Source of the DNA: an uncultured Bacteroides sp.
Lineage (GTDB): Bacteria > Bacteroidota > Bacteroidia > Bacteroidales > Bacteroidaceae
Direction of reading: 5' to 3'
Length of the DNA: 64,000 nucleotides
Assembly: GCA_900546645.1 (NCBI GenBank)
Contig: URDR01000004.1
Location: forward strand, 1,589 to 65,588
A program made the position numbers and the translations under genes. Shown here piece after piece: positions 1 to 11,506 of the stretch; within the stretch, counting starts at the first letter, position 1, and every line of letters begins with the position of its first letter. The notes under the pieces were generated by a model. The model had not been told where the DNA came from, did no database searches, and was given only the letters and a program-made list of their open reading frames with translations.

Positions 1-1694
1 TAATAGGTATAGTAGCCCAAGTGGTATTGATGGTTGTTCTCAGCTATCCGCTGGGGAAATACATCGCTCGTGTATATCAAGGAAAAAAGGTTTGGACAGA
101 TTTTATGAAGCCGATAGAAGGATGGATTTTCCGTCTTTCGGGCATCCATCCCGATGAAGAAATGAACTGGAAGCAATTCTTGAGAGCACTACTCACCGTG
201 AATCTGTTTTGGTTCATTTGGGGCATGGTGCTGCTTACCTTGCAAGGTTGGTTGCCTCTGAATCCGGATGGCAATTTGGCACAAAGTGCTCACCAGGCTT
301 TCAACACCTGCATTTCGTTTATGGTAAACTGCAACGAACAGCACTACAGTGGAGAAAGCAACTTAACCTATTTTACTCAGCTCTTCGTTATTATGCTGTT
401 CCAGTTCCTAACTGCTGCTACCGGTATGGCTGCCATGGCAGGAGTCATGAAAGCTTTGGGAGAAAAGACCACACAAACTATCGGCAATTTCTGGAATTTT
501 TTGGTACTTAGCTGTACCCGTATTCTTCTTCCGTTGTCTTTAGTTGTCGGCTTTATTCTAATTACGCAAGGTATTCCCATGGGATTTGACGGAAAAATGG
601 AAGTAACCACCCTGGAAGGTGAAACCCAATATGTATCACAAGGTCCGGCAGCTGCCATTATCCCCATCAAACAGTTGGGTACCAACGGCGGAGGCTATTT
701 CGGAGTTAACTCTTCTCATCCCTTGGAAAATCCGACCTATTTATCCAATATGATAGAATGCTGGTCCATCTTGATTATTCCTATGGCTATGGCTTTTGCA
801 TTCGGATTTTATGTGAACCGGAAGAAATTGGGATACAGCATCTATGGAGTTATGCTGGTAGCCTTTCTGATTGGAGTCTGTGTCAATGTATCACAAGAGA
901 TGGGAGGTAATCCACGTATTGATGCCATGGGAATTACACAAGATAATGGCTCAATGGAAGGAAAAGAAATACGTTTGGGGTCCGGTGCCACCGGATTGTG
1001 GAGTGTTGTGACCACCGTAACCTCCAATGGGTCTGTCAACGGCATGCATGACTCTACCCTGCCTCTTTCGGGGATGATAGAAATGCTGAACATGCAGATT
1101 AATACGTGGTTCGGTGGTGTCGGCGTAGGCTGGATGAATTACTTTACGTTCCTCATCATCGCTGTATTTATCAGCGGGTTGATGGTAGGCCGGACTCCTG
1201 AATTCATGGGCCACAAGGTGGAAGCCCGCGAAATGAAAATCGCTTCTATCGTAGCGCTGCTGCATCCGTTTGTCATCCTGGTAGGAACGGCTCTGGCTGC
1301 CTATCTGTATGTTCATGCCCCGGCTTTTGTGGCGAGTGAAGGCGGATGGCTCAACAATCCAGGTTCCCATGGATTGGGAGAAATGCTTTATGAGTTTACC
1401 TCTTGTGCGGCCAATAACGGATCTGGATTCGAAGGCTTGGGTGACAATACCTGGTTCTGGAATTTTTCCTGTGGCATTGTGCTGATCCTGAGCCGTTTCA
1501 TTCCGATTATCGGTCAGGTAGCTTTGGCCGGACTGCTGGCTCAGAAAAGATACATTCCTGAAAGTGCTGGTACGCTGAAAACCGATACGGTGACCTTTGC
1601 TGTCATGACTTTTGCGGTCATCTTTATTGTAGCAGCCTTGTCTTTCTTCCCGGCACAGGCCCTGACCACCCTGACGGAACATTTTTCTCTCTAA
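1..1694 (+). CDS. kdpA: K+-transporting ATPase subunit A (5' end lies before the window)
   Basis: Polytopic membrane protein with IKQLGTNGGG, TSNGSVNGMHDS, GRTPEF and ANNGSGF KdpA motifs; frame is open back to the window start. Confidence 0.97.
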   Translation, partial: IGIVAQVVLMVVLSYPLGKYIARVYQGKKVWTDFMKPIEGWIFRLSGIHPDEEMNWKQFLRALLTVNLFWFIWGMVLLTLQGWLPLNPDGNLAQSAHQAFNTCISFMVNCNEQHYSGESNLTYFTQLFVIMLFQFLTAATGMAAMAGVMKALGEKTTQTIGNFWNFLVLSCTRILLPLSLVVGFILITQGIPMGFDGKMEVTTLEGETQYVSQGPAAAIIPIKQLGTNGGGYFGVNSSHPLENPTYLSNMIECWSILIIPMAMAFAFGFYVNRKKLGYSIYGVMLVAFLIGVCVNVSQEMGGNPRIDAMGITQDNGSMEGKEIRLGSGATGLWSVVTTVTSNGSVNGMHDSTLPLSGMIEMLNMQINTWFGGVGVGWMNYFTFLIIAVFISGLMVGRTPEFMGHKVEAREMKIASIVALLHPFVILVGTALAAYLYVHAPAFVASEGGWLNNPGSHGLGEMLYEFTSCAANNGSGFEGLGDNTWFWNFSCGIVLILSRFIPIIGQVALAGLLAQKRYIPESAGTLKTDTVTFAVMTFAVIFIVAALSFFPAQALTTLTEHFSL

Positions 1695-1720
1695 TTACAA
1701 CTGATTAATAGCAAGAAAAT

Positions 1721-3757
1721 ATGAATACTAAAAATACAAACAACTCCTTATTTCAGAAAGACCAGCTGAAAGCCAGTCTCAAACAGTCTTTCGTCAAACT
1801 GAATCCACGACTGATGGTGAAAAACCCTATTATGTTCACAGTGGAAATTGCCACCTTTTTCATGCTGCCGGTGACCGTCTATTCAGCGGTAAGCGATGCA
1901 CAGGGCTCAGTAATCTATAACTTCAGCGTTTTCGTCATTCTTTTTCTGACCTTGCTTTTTGCCAACTTTGCGGAAGCCATCGCCGAAGCACGAGGCAAGG
2001 CTCAGGCTGACAGCTTGCGAAAAACTCGTGAGGAAACACCTGCCAAGCGGGTCACAGATGGAAAACTGGAGTCTGTAAGCAGTTCCCAACTGAAGAAAGG
2101 CGATGTCTTTGAGTGTGAAGCAGGGGATGTCATTCCTGCAGACGGTGAAATCATAGAAGGTCTGGCTTCCATCGATGAAAGTGCGATTACGGGAGAATCT
2201 GCTCCGGTTATCCGTGAAGCCGGCGGAGATAAAAGTTCGGTAACTGGAGGTACAAAAGTGCTCTCAGATCGGATTCGGGTGGTGGTTACCACACAGCCCG
2301 GAGAGAGTTTCCTTGACAAGATGATTGCATTGGTCGAAGGGGCTAGCCGGCAGAAAACGCCGAATGAGATTGCACTGACCATCCTGCTGGCTGTATTCAC
2401 ACTTGTCTTTCTGGTGGTGTGCATTACGCTGAAGCCGATGGCCGACTATTCCGGCACTACCATTACGATAGCCGCTTTCTTGTCTCTCTTTGTCTGTCTG
2501 ATTCCTACCACCATCGGTGGACTGCTTTCCGCCATCGGAATTGCAGGTATGGACCGCGCACTGCGTGCCAATGTCATCACCAAATCCGGAAAAGCCGTTG
2601 AGACAGCAGGAGATGTGGATACACTTTTACTGGACAAGACGGGTACCATCACTATCGGAAACCGTAAGGCTACAGCCTTTCATCCGGTCAAAGAGATTCC
2701 TCTGCATCGTTTTGTGGAAATATGCATGCTCTCTTCCGTAGCCGATGACACTCCGGAAGGTAAATCCATCATCGAATTGGGACGCGAACAAGGCATCCGC
2801 ATGCATACACTCCAGACGGAAGGGGCCCACATGATCCAGTTTACGGCGGAAACCAAATGCTCCGGCATAGATCTGAAAGACGGTACCCAAATTCGTAAAG
2901 GGGCTTTTGATGCCATCCGCAGCCTGACGCAGGCAGCCGGTCATGAATTCCCCCGTGAAACGGAAGATGCTATTCGAAATATATCAGGCAACGGAGGTAC
3001 TCCTTTGGTGGTCTGTGTCAATCAGAAAGTGGCTGGTGTCATTGAATTGCAGGACATTATCAAACCAGGTATAGAAGAGCGATTTGAACGCTTACGAAAA
3101 ATGGGTGTCAAAACGGTGATGGTAACGGGAGACAATCCCTTGACGGCACAATACATTGCAAAAAAAGCGGGTGTGGATGACTTCATCGCCGAAGCTAAGC
3201 CGGAAGACAAGATGAATTACATCCGTCGGGAACAAGCGGCTGGCAAGCTGGTGGCCATGATGGGTGACGGTACAAACGATGCTCCGGCTTTGGCACAGGC
3301 CAACGTAGGGGTAGCCATGAACAGCGGTACACAAGCGGCAAAAGAGGCCGGTAACATGGTTGACCTGGATAATGACCCGACTAAACTGATCGAAATCGTA
3401 GAGATTGGAAAGCAGCTGTTGATGACACGAGGTACACTGACCACCTTTTCCATCGCTAACGATGTGGCAAAATACTTTGCCATCATTCCGGCCTTGTTCA
3501 TGGTTTCTGTTCCTCAATTGGGTGCCCTTAACATCATGGGGCTTCACAGTCCGGAAAGTGCCATCCTGTCTGCCGTCATCTTCAATGCGCTCATCATTCC
3601 TGCGCTGATACCCCTGGCGCTGAAAGGGGTTGCCTACAAGCCGATCGGTGCCAGTGCTCTGCTTCGTCGAAACTTGCTTATCTATGGGGTAGGCGGTCTG
3701 ATAGCTCCCTTTGTAGGCATCAAACTGATTGACCTGCTCGTTGGTCTGTTTGTCTAG
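1721..3757 (+). CDS. kdpB: K+-transporting P-type ATPase subunit B
   Basis: TGES, DKTGT (phospho-Asp), TGDN and [10 protein letters not shown] motifs; follows kdpA. Confidence 0.98.
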   Translation: MNTKNTNNSLFQKDQLKASLKQSFVKLNPRLMVKNPIMFTVEIATFFMLPVTVYSAVSDAQGSVIYNFSVFVILFLTLLFANFAEAIAEARGKAQADSLRKTREETPAKRVTDGKLESVSSSQLKKGDVFECEAGDVIPADGEIIEGLASIDESAITGESAPVIREAGGDKSSVTGGTKVLSDRIRVVVTTQPGESFLDKMIALVEGASRQKTPNEIALTILLAVFTLVFLVVCITLKPMADYSGTTITIAAFLSLFVCLIPTTIGGLLSAIGIAGMDRALRANVITKSGKAVETAGDVDTLLLDKTGTITIGNRKATAFHPVKEIPLHRFVEICMLSSVADDTPEGKSIIELGREQGIRMHTLQTEGAHMIQFTAETKCSGIDLKDGTQIRKGAFDAIRSLTQAAGHEFPRETEDAIRNISGNGGTPLVVCVNQKVAGVIELQDIIKPGIEERFERLRKMGVKTVMVTGDNPLTAQYIAKKAGVDDFIAEAKPEDKMNYIRREQAAGKLVAMMGDGTNDAPALAQANVGVAMNSGTQAAKEAGNMVDLDNDPTKLIEIVEIGKQLLMTRGTLTTFSIANDVAKYFAIIPALFMVSVPQLGALNIMGLHSPESAILSAVIFNALIIPALIPLALKGVAYKPIGASALLRRNLLIYGVGGLIAPFVGIKLIDLLVGLFV

Positions 3758-3815
3758 CCCATCTTTCATGATAACTTATTCAAATCCTTTTAAATTGACT
3801 CAAAAATTATTCATT

Positions 3816-4391
3816 ATGAAGAATCTGATAAAATCAATCAAACTCACTCTTGTTTTCTGTGTGTTTTTGTCCGTATGTTATGTGCTGGTTCTGTGGGCGT
3901 ATGCCCAGTTCGCCGCTCCGGGTGAGGGTGGCAATGCCGAAACTGTCACGCTAAACGGTAAAGTAGTGGGGGTAGCCAACGTCGGACAGCGGTTTACCCA
4001 AGATATTTATTTTTGGGGACGACCTTCCTGTGCCGGTGACGGTTACGACGGCACCAGCTCGGCAGGCAGCAACAAAGGGGTAACCAATGAAAGCTACCTG
4101 AAAGAGGTCGAGACCCGGATAGACACCTTTTTACTGCACCATCCGTACCTGAAGCGTGCGGAGGTGCCTGCAGAAATGGTAACGGCCAGTGCCTCCGGAT
4201 TGGATCCTGACATCACACCGGCCTGTGCCTATGTGCAGATAAAACGGGTAGCTACTGCCAGGGGATGGAGCGAAGAAGAAGTGAAAGCACTGGTGGAAAG
4301 CCATATCGAAAGACCGCTTTTCGGCGTTTTCGGGCCTTCCAAAATCAATGTGTTGAAACTGAATGTTGCTTTAGATAAACATAAGAAATAA
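3816..4391 (+). CDS. kdpC: K+-transporting ATPase subunit C
   Basis: N-terminal TM helix, YFWGRPS, VTASASGLDPDI, NVLKLN; ATG at 3816 chosen over the upstream extension. Confidence 0.95.
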   Translation: MKNLIKSIKLTLVFCVFLSVCYVLVLWAYAQFAAPGEGGNAETVTLNGKVVGVANVGQRFTQDIYFWGRPSCAGDGYDGTSSAGSNKGVTNESYLKEVETRIDTFLLHHPYLKRAEVPAEMVTASASGLDPDITPACAYVQIKRVATARGWSEEEVKALVESHIERPLFGVFGPSKINVLKLNVALDKHKK

Positions 4392-4411
4392 CTTTTTAAT
4401 CCGTTTGTACC

Positions 4412-5128
4412 ATGTATGCTTTTATCAAAAAAAATCTGCTGCTCATAGGAGCAGTGGCTTGTTTATATCCTTTACAAGTTTCTGCACAAAACAAACTATC
4501 CGTCCATGCCAAGGCGGATTTCGTATCTGACTATATCTGGCGCGGAGCCGATCAGCAGTCCGGCTGTTCGGTACAGCCTTCTCTCACGCTGGGCTATGCT
4601 GGTTTTTCTCTCAATATTTGGGGTAGCCAGTCACTCACCAAATGGGAAGAAGGAGGTGCCAAAGAATGGGATATCAACCTCGGATATACCTACCGGAATT
4701 TTACAGTCACCCTATCCGACTACTGGTGGAGCGGTATCAACCAGCCTTATGGCCATTACAAAAACAGCCATTATTTCGAGGGCACTCTGGCTTACTGCTT
4801 TGGCGATACTTTTCCGCTATCCCTTTCATGGAGTACCATGTTTGCCGGGGCAGACAAGAATGAGAAGGGTAATCTGCAGGCATCCACTTATCTTTCGGCC
4901 TCCTATGTATTCCGGCTGCCTGCTGACATAGTGATGACTCCCGCTGTCGGCTTTACTCCTTGGAAGGGAATGTATCATAGGAAAGCGGCTTTCACGGATC
5001 TATCTCTGAAAGTTTCCAAGGAAGTATCGTTGTCAAACCATTTAGCAATCCCCTTATTTGTTCAAGCTATCGTATCACCGGTATATGACCGAACTTACCT
5101 GGTAGCAGGGATCGGCATCGGGTTTTAA
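4412..5128 (+). CDS. Outer-membrane beta-barrel protein (TorF/Gcw_chp-like) in the kdp operon
   Basis: Signal peptide, SDYIWRG motif, alternating beta-strand pattern, C-terminal Phe. Confidence 0.75.
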   Translation: MYAFIKKNLLLIGAVACLYPLQVSAQNKLSVHAKADFVSDYIWRGADQQSGCSVQPSLTLGYAGFSLNIWGSQSLTKWEEGGAKEWDINLGYTYRNFTVTLSDYWWSGINQPYGHYKNSHYFEGTLAYCFGDTFPLSLSWSTMFAGADKNEKGNLQASTYLSASYVFRLPADIVMTPAVGFTPWKGMYHRKAAFTDLSLKVSKEVSLSNHLAIPLFVQAIVSPVYDRTYLVAGIGIGF

Positions 5129-5166
5129 CATGTCCACTACCTTGTACTCTTAAGGACAGTGGAAAG

Positions 5167-5445
5167 ATATGTATTTTTATAGGGTGGATATTATTGATGT
5201 GCTGTGGAGTGGGACTGACCGAATCCATGAGTACAGTGATATCCGCCATAGGCAATGTGGGCCCCGGACTGGGAACTTTCGGACCGGCTTTCTCCTGGGC
5301 GGCTCTACCCGATGCAGCCAAATGGATACTTTCTGCGTTGATGCTCATCGGGCGTTTGGAGATTTTCGGTATCTTGCTACTCTTCCCTAATCGTCAACTC
5401 GGGCAGATTGCAAGAATATCAACAGAAAAAAACATAGTAGTATGA
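5167..5445 (+). pseudogene. C-terminal fragment of a TrkH/KtrB-type K+ uptake permease
   Basis: SAIGNVGPGLG and LMLIGRLEIF match the last TrkH pore repeat; only about 90 codons remain, with no N-terminus. Confidence 0.85.
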
Positions 5446-6581
5446 AGGATAGAAATGATAGAGAAGAAAGCGCACAGCATTTCCTCCAGCTGATACGGCG
5501 TTCACAGCGGGGGGTATTCAAGGTCTATATCGGCATGATAGCCGGTGTGGGAAAAACTTACCGTATGCTTCAGGAAGCACATGAAATGTTAAACAACGGC
5601 ATTGATGTGCAAATAGGATATGTTGAGACGCATGGACGTGCTGGAACGGAAGAGCTGCTAGCCGGACTGCCGATTATATCACGGAGAAAAATCTATTATA
5701 AAGGAAAGGAATTGGAAGAAATGGATTTGGATGCCATCTTGCTGTTACACCCAGAATTGGTCGTAGTCGATGAGCTGGCGCATACCAACGTGGAAGGCAG
5801 CCGCCACGAAAAGCGGTGGCAGGATGTCATGGAATTGCTTGAAGCAGGCATCAATGTCATCACGGCTGTCAACATCCAGCACATCGAAAGCCTCAATGAA
5901 GAGGTAAAAGGAATTGCCGGCATCGAGGTGAAGGAACGGATTCCGGACAAGGTGCTCGAAGAAGCGGATGAAGTGGTGAATATCGACCTGACAGCGGAAG
6001 AACTAATCAATCGTTTGAAAGCCGGAAAAATATATCGCAAAGAAAAGGTCCAGACTGCCTTGAACCATTTCTTCAAAACTGAAAACATCCTTCAGCTTAG
6101 GGAACTGGCTTTAAAAGAGGTAGCCTTTCGTGTGGAACGGAAAGTGGAGAACGAAATTATCAGCGGAGAGAAAGGTGTACATCGCGAACTTTTTCTGGTA
6201 TGCATCAGCAGCAATGAAATAACTCCCAAAAGGCTCATTCGCCGCACTGCCAGGTTAGCCTCTCGATATGATACGGATTTTTTGGTTCTTTATGTACAGA
6301 CCCCTGCCGAACATCCGGACCGCATTCCATTGGCTACCCAGCGCCATCTGCTGAATCACTTTAAACTGGCGGCGGAGCTGGGCGGTGAACTGATACAGCG
6401 GGCTTCACCGGATGTCATAGATACTATTCAAACGGTGTGCAAAGAGCGTCAGGTCACGACGCTGTGCATCGGACAGCCGGCTTTCACCTATGTCTCGACC
6501 CTGATTCACCTGAAACGATACCGGTCTTTTTTGAGATTTCTCTCGGATGAGAACATAAAATTGATTATCTTTCCGCAGTAA
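5442..6581 (+). CDS. kdpD: KdpD N-terminal sensor + USP domain protein (split KdpD)
   Basis: GMIAGVGKTYRML, ETHGR, VDELAHTN and NIQHIESLN motifs, followed by a USP-like C-terminus. Confidence 0.93.
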   Translation: MKDRNDREESAQHFLQLIRRSQRGVFKVYIGMIAGVGKTYRMLQEAHEMLNNGIDVQIGYVETHGRAGTEELLAGLPIISRRKIYYKGKELEEMDLDAILLLHPELVVVDELAHTNVEGSRHEKRWQDVMELLEAGINVITAVNIQHIESLNEEVKGIAGIEVKERIPDKVLEEADEVVNIDLTAEELINRLKAGKIYRKEKVQTALNHFFKTENILQLRELALKEVAFRVERKVENEIISGEKGVHRELFLVCISSNEITPKRLIRRTARLASRYDTDFLVLYVQTPAEHPDRIPLATQRHLLNHFKLAAELGGELIQRASPDVIDTIQTVCKERQVTTLCIGQPAFTYVSTLIHLKRYRSFLRFLSDENIKLIIFPQ

Positions 6582-6602
6582 TAAACCTAAATAGATTGTT
6601 TT

Positions 6603-8045
6603 ATGAATATCAAGACAAAACTGACGTTGAATATCGGTGTGCTGGTAGCCATGATTGTGCTGCTGGTTTCACTCTCTATTGTCAACCTGCAAATTCTGAC
6701 CGCTACCGAACCGACTAGCCCGGCAGCTGGTCCCGGTCTGCAACGGGCATTGGTATGGGTCTCCATCATCGGAGGTATCTGCATTGTCTGCGGCCTTTGG
6801 ATGTTGAAACAGTTGCCGTCCTCCATCAACAAGCCCGTCAAAGAAATTACAGACGGTATCAAGGAAATTGCCAATCACAATTACGAACAGCGGTTGAACC
6901 TCGAAAGCAAGGAGTTTGAAGAGGTGTCCAAAAACTTCAATCGGATGGCTAAACGGCTGGCTGACTACCACTCTAGCACACTGGCTGAAATAAAGGCAGC
7001 CAAGAATTACATGGAAACCATCATCAACAGCGTAAAGGAACCTATCATCGGACTTGACAATGCGATGACCATCCTTTTCATCAACGATGAAGCCCTCAGC
7101 ATCCTCAACCTGCAACGGGAAGAGGTGTTATGGAAATCGGCTCAAGAGATAGCCCTGCGAAACGACCTCCTTCGCCGTCTGCTCCGGGGATTGCAGGATG
7201 CATTCGATGAAAAGAGCACCGCTAAAAACGAGCCGCTTAAAATCTATGCCGACAATAAGGAAAGCTATTTCCAAATGAAGTGTATGAAGACAGGCAGAGA
7301 AGGTACCTCGCAAAAGGAAGGATATGTGATTCTCTTAAAAAACATCACTGAGTTTAAAGAACTGGATTCCGCCAAGACCACCTTCATCTCTACCATCTCT
7401 CACGAACTAAAAACACCGATTTCGGCCATTCTGATGAGCCTGCAACTGCTGGAAGACTGCCGAGTGGGCTCTCTGAATGAGGAACAAAAGGAACTGGCTC
7501 AAAGCATTCAGGATAACAGCGACCGGTTGCTGAGTATCACCAGTGAATTACTCAACATGACCCAGGTGGAATCCGGTAAGTTACAACTGAAACCGCGCAT
7601 CACCAAGCCTATCGAATTGATTGAATATGCCATCAAGGCAAACCGGATACAGGCCGAGAAGTTCAACATTCAGATAGAAGTGCAATATCCGGAAGAGAAG
7701 ATGGGCAAACTGTTTGTTGATAGTGAAAAGATAGCTTGGGTGCTGACGAACCTACTTTCCAACGCTATCCGGTATTCAGCAGAAAACGGGCGTATTATCA
7801 TCGGTGCGCGGAAAACAAAGGACAACTGGATAGAAATGTTCGTACGTGATTTTGGAAAAGGCATCGATCCCCGTTATCACCAGAGCATCTTCGAACATTA
7901 TTTCCGAGTTCCGGGCACCAAGGTACAGGGTAGTGGACTGGGACTATCCATTTCCAAGGACTTTGTCGAAGCGCATGGGGGCACTCTGACCATAGATAGT
8001 GAATTGGGGAAAGGCAGCTGCTTCACACTCCGGTTAAAGGCATAA
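6603..8045 (+). CDS. Sensor histidine kinase (2 TM, HAMP, PAS, HisKA, HATPase); kinase half of split KdpD
   Basis: SHELKTP H-box, NLLSNAIRY N-box, DFGKGI and GSGLGL G-boxes. Confidence 0.92.
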   Translation: MNIKTKLTLNIGVLVAMIVLLVSLSIVNLQILTATEPTSPAAGPGLQRALVWVSIIGGICIVCGLWMLKQLPSSINKPVKEITDGIKEIANHNYEQRLNLESKEFEEVSKNFNRMAKRLADYHSSTLAEIKAAKNYMETIINSVKEPIIGLDNAMTILFINDEALSILNLQREEVLWKSAQEIALRNDLLRRLLRGLQDAFDEKSTAKNEPLKIYADNKESYFQMKCMKTGREGTSQKEGYVILLKNITEFKELDSAKTTFISTISHELKTPISAILMSLQLLEDCRVGSLNEEQKELAQSIQDNSDRLLSITSELLNMTQVESGKLQLKPRITKPIELIEYAIKANRIQAEKFNIQIEVQYPEEKMGKLFVDSEKIAWVLTNLLSNAIRYSAENGRIIIGARKTKDNWIEMFVRDFGKGIDPRYHQSIFEHYFRVPGTKVQGSGLGLSISKDFVEAHGGTLTIDSELGKGSCFTLRLKA

Positions 8046-8084
8046 AATCAAGATACAGAACGTGAAAGAATATTGCTGCTTACT

Positions 8085-8107
8085 GGCTGCGGCAATCAGC
8101 CGCAGCC
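8085..8107. terminator. GC-rich hairpin between convergent kinase and hsdR genes
   Basis: ggctgcggc-aatca-gccgcagcc perfect 9-bp stem; no clear U-tract. Confidence 0.5.
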
Positions 8108-11100
8108 TTACGCCGTTGTCGAAATCACCCGATGAATGCGGATGACAAAATCTCTCAGACTGGCGAACTGCTCGCCAAATGTAGCCTGCCAGTTCATGCT
8201 CTTCAGCGGATACTCAAGGAAGTTTTTCGTTTCGATATCCCCGTTGGTACACACATAGTCAAGGATATTCTTCAGATACCGTTCTTGTTCTGAAGTCAAG
8301 TCATACCCGTCGACAAACTGCTTATAAATGCGGAGAGCCCGTTGCCGGTCTATTCCGTTGATTACCCGGATAAAGGCAGCGATGTTATTCCTGTAAGGCT
8401 GACCTTGAGCCAGTTCATCATACTCTTCGCGCGTACCCAGCTCTTCAAAGAAAATGCGTTCCAGCTCGGCAAAATCGGCAGACGTAAGCTGCTCCAGATT
8501 CTGGATTTTCTGCAGCGTAGCGTTCTGTATATTCCTTGCCAGATAGTCGGTTACCCGCTGCTTATACGAAGTCTGTATGATCACATCCTCTCCACTTTCC
8601 ACCGACTCATACGTATCTTCAATATCGATGATAAACTTCTGCTTCTTTCCCCCTTCCAGCAGTTTGACCAGCTCCCTCAGCTCGGTGCGTACCTGCTCCA
8701 GCGCATCCAGTGTTTCGTGCTCCCAGAACAGAGGAGACTGCACCTGTCTGATGGTATCCAGATGAACCGTTACGGCAGGCAGTGTGGCTTTCTTTTCCAG
8801 TGCCTGAGCGATATTCACCACCACTTGGCGGCATTGTCCTACGCGTACCGTGCCGTCTATGTGAGCCAGCATGATTTGAAGCATAATCACATCAAACTTC
8901 TTTGCAGCCTCGTTGTCGGCATCTTGCGGAATCAGCTTGCCTATCTCCTTCAGCTGAAGCACATCCACTTCCGAGAGACAGGTCCATTTCTCTTTCTGCC
9001 GGAAAGGTTCGATGATGTTCAAGTACGGACGCGCCTCTTTTCGCTCCTTGCCGATGCGGTCTACCTGCCGGTGGAGCAACTGCTTGAGGTCGTCGTGCAG
9101 CTGTTTGTCGAAAGCAATGGCTTGATGGTCGGCATGCTGGAGTATGTAGGCAATGTCAAGACGCAGGCAGAACAGACGTTCTGTAAGCGACTGCACAGCC
9201 ATAGACGTAATGCCGGTGACCGGCTTGGAAAAATAATCGAAATTGCCGCACCAGTCGAAGATATAGAAATGCTCCTTCTTCTTCCCCGGTCCGAATACAT
9301 CGGGACAGAGGCGCGTACCCCTGCCAATCATCTGCTCAAACTTGATTTTCGATTTCACAATCTTGAAGAAAACCAAGTTAAGCACCTCGGGCACATCGAT
9401 ACCCGTATCGAGCATATCCACCGAAACTGCTATCTGGGGATACTTTTCCGGAGTTTTGAATTCACCTATCAGCCTGTCATGATGTTTCACCTGATTATCG
9501 ATAAGCTGACAGTAGTCTGCTCCCCGCTCCGGATAAAGCGCATGAAACCGCTCTACGATGCGTTCGGCATGCAGATGATTGTAGGCAAAGAGGATGGTCT
9601 TGCCGATGTCTTCCCCGCTGTGAATCTTCAGTCCGTCGGTCATCAGTTCAGCCAGCACATGATCGATGGTATCATCGTTGATGAGATAGCGGAACAACTC
9701 GTTCCCCTGAATGTCGCGGTGATATTCTTCGGTAGAAGGAATGCCCTTCTGCACCTTTTCATACGCCCATACCTTTTCCAGTTGCTGTTGCTGTTCGGGA
9801 GTCAGCTCATCATAGCGGATGCCCCGGTTCATGAATTTCGAGGTGCAGTTTTTCACCTTGTAAGGAACCAGATACCCGTCTCTGACCGCCTCATCAAGGG
9901 TATATTCAAAGTTCGGTTCATCTTCCAGCTCCAGCAGTTTAAACGTATTACGGTCTATCTCATCGCGCGGAGTAGCCGTAAGTCCGATGAGCAGTGAGTC
10001 GAAATACTGGAAGATAGCCCCATACTTGCCGAAGACACTGCGGTGAGCCTCATCAATGATGATCAAGTCGAAATGTCCCACCGAGAACTGCAGTGGGATG
10101 GCATTGATGTAGTTAATCATCGTCTGATAGGTAGAGAAGATGAAACGCGCCGTCAGGTCGGGTTTGTCTTCCTCCGAAAGGCATGCCATCGACTCGCTGG
10201 GCAAGAGCCGTTCAAAATTTCCCCGAGCCTGGTTTACCAACTCCGTACGGTCGGCAAGAAACAATACTTTCTTTATCCAGTTATTGTTGCTCAGCAACTT
10301 GCAGAGCGAGATGCTGACACGGGTCTTTCCCGTACCTGTGGCAAGTACCAGCAAGCCTCTGCGGTGATTGGCATTCAGCCATTCCACCAGACTCTTGATG
10401 GCGGTTTTCTGATACGGGCGGTCGGTAATCGACTCATCGATGGTGAGGTCTTTTATTTTCGCCCGTCCCCGTTTCTGAATCAGGTATTCCAAGTCGTCGT
10501 GGCTGTGAAATGAAATGACTTCACGGTCGGGGTATCCCATTCCGTCGATAACCATGGTGCTGTAGCCGTTGGTATAATAAATTACCGGACGTACACCGTA
10601 TTGACGCTCCAGACAGTCGGCATATAAGAGGGCTTGCTTGCGCCCCTCTGCCTTGCTGTGGAGGGTGCTTTTGGCTTCAATTACTGCCAGCGGCAGACCT
10701 CCTTTGCTGAACAACACATAATCGCAATAGCCCGTTCCCGAATCGGTAGGCATACCTGTTACCTTGATTTCGATGCCTGCCTTTCCTCCCTGAGCCACCC
10801 CTTTGCCGGTCATCACTTCCCATCCGGCTTCATTGAGCATATAGTCGATGAGGCACCGGCGGGTAATAGCTTCACTGGCAAGCGATTCCTTGGGTCGGTC
10901 AGCGGGTGCTACAGGATGCTCGATAGCCTCTTGCGGTACGCTTTTCACCACATCGGGCGCAACGCCGGGTTCGTCTCCGGCAGTGATGTGCAAGCCGGGG
11001 AAGACATCCGGAATCAAGGTAGCATCGAAGGCTGAGATGCGCTGGATGGCACGCCAGCGGTAGAGAAAGCCGCTTACCACATAATAGAGCGAACGCAGGC

Positions 11101-11449
11101 AGACGAAGGCATTGTTTCGCAGTACGCACTGTTCACCGGCATGTGAGGCGAAGTTGCCAATTTTCTTTACTGTATAGATGTCTTTTTCAAACTGCCAGTC
11201 ATCGTCAATGAATGCATCGATTTCCGGACGTTTCAGCATGGCGTTTAAGGTTTCATGCGGGTCGAGTGTCACGTTTGCCATGGTGAGATGGTTTTTTACG
11301 AGCCATTCCAAGGCTTTGCGTGCATTGTTGGCGCTTTCTTCGGGGAAAGCCTTCTGAAAGATTTCCGCCTTGTCGCAGTAAGCATGCAGTTGGCTGAAAC
11401 TGGGAATTTCCTCAGTCAGCGGTTTGATATAGTCGAAGTTTTTCATCAT
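8108..11449 (-). CDS. hsdR: Type I restriction enzyme R subunit (EcoAI/EcoEI-like, N-terminal DUF4145-like domain)
   Basis: DYVL...IEAK nuclease motif, ATGTGKT, DEAH, TATP and QMIGRGTR SF2 helicase motifs; clustered with hsdS and hsdM. Confidence 0.95.
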   Translation of the reverse strand: MMKNFDYIKPLTEEIPSFSQLHAYCDKAEIFQKAFPEESANNARKALEWLVKNHLTMANVTLDPHETLNAMLKRPEIDAFIDDDWQFEKDIYTVKKIGNFASHAGEQCVLRNNAFVCLRSLYYVVSGFLYRWRAIQRISAFDATLIPDVFPGLHITAGDEPGVAPDVVKSVPQEAIEHPVAPADRPKESLASEAITRRCLIDYMLNEAGWEVMTGKGVAQGGKAGIEIKVTGMPTDSGTGYCDYVLFSKGGLPLAVIEAKSTLHSKAEGRKQALLYADCLERQYGVRPVIYYTNGYSTMVIDGMGYPDREVISFHSHDDLEYLIQKRGRAKIKDLTIDESITDRPYQKTAIKSLVEWLNANHRRGLLVLATGTGKTRVSISLCKLLSNNNWIKKVLFLADRTELVNQARGNFERLLPSESMACLSEEDKPDLTARFIFSTYQTMINYINAIPLQFSVGHFDLIIIDEAHRSVFGKYGAIFQYFDSLLIGLTATPRDEIDRNTFKLLELEDEPNFEYTLDEAVRDGYLVPYKVKNCTSKFMNRGIRYDELTPEQQQQLEKVWAYEKVQKGIPSTEEYHRDIQGNELFRYLINDDTIDHVLAELMTDGLKIHSGEDIGKTILFAYNHLHAERIVERFHALYPERGADYCQLIDNQVKHHDRLIGEFKTPEKYPQIAVSVDMLDTGIDVPEVLNLVFFKIVKSKIKFEQMIGRGTRLCPDVFGPGKKKEHFYIFDWCGNFDYFSKPVTGITSMAVQSLTERLFCLRLDIAYILQHADHQAIAFDKQLHDDLKQLLHRQVDRIGKERKEARPYLNIIEPFRQKEKWTCLSEVDVLQLKEIGKLIPQDADNEAAKKFDVIMLQIMLAHIDGTVRVGQCRQVVVNIAQALEKKATLPAVTVHLDTIRQVQSPLFWEHETLDALEQVRTELRELVKLLEGGKKQKFIIDIEDTYESVESGEDVIIQTSYKQRVTDYLARNIQNATLQKIQNLEQLTSADFAELERIFFEELGTREEYDELAQGQPYRNNIAAFIRVINGIDRQRALRIYKQFVDGYDLTSEQERYLKNILDYVCTNGDIETKNFLEYPLKSMNWQATFGEQFASLRDFVIRIHRVISTTA

Positions 11450-11506
11450 TCATGTAAAGGGTTTATGGAAGTTCTTCCTATGGCTTGCAGTTGTCGTAGT
11501 AAAGTC

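Noticed and set aside
8342..9997. 551-aa plus-strand ORF
   Set aside because: Lies entirely antisense to hsdR with no recognisable motifs; shadow ORF
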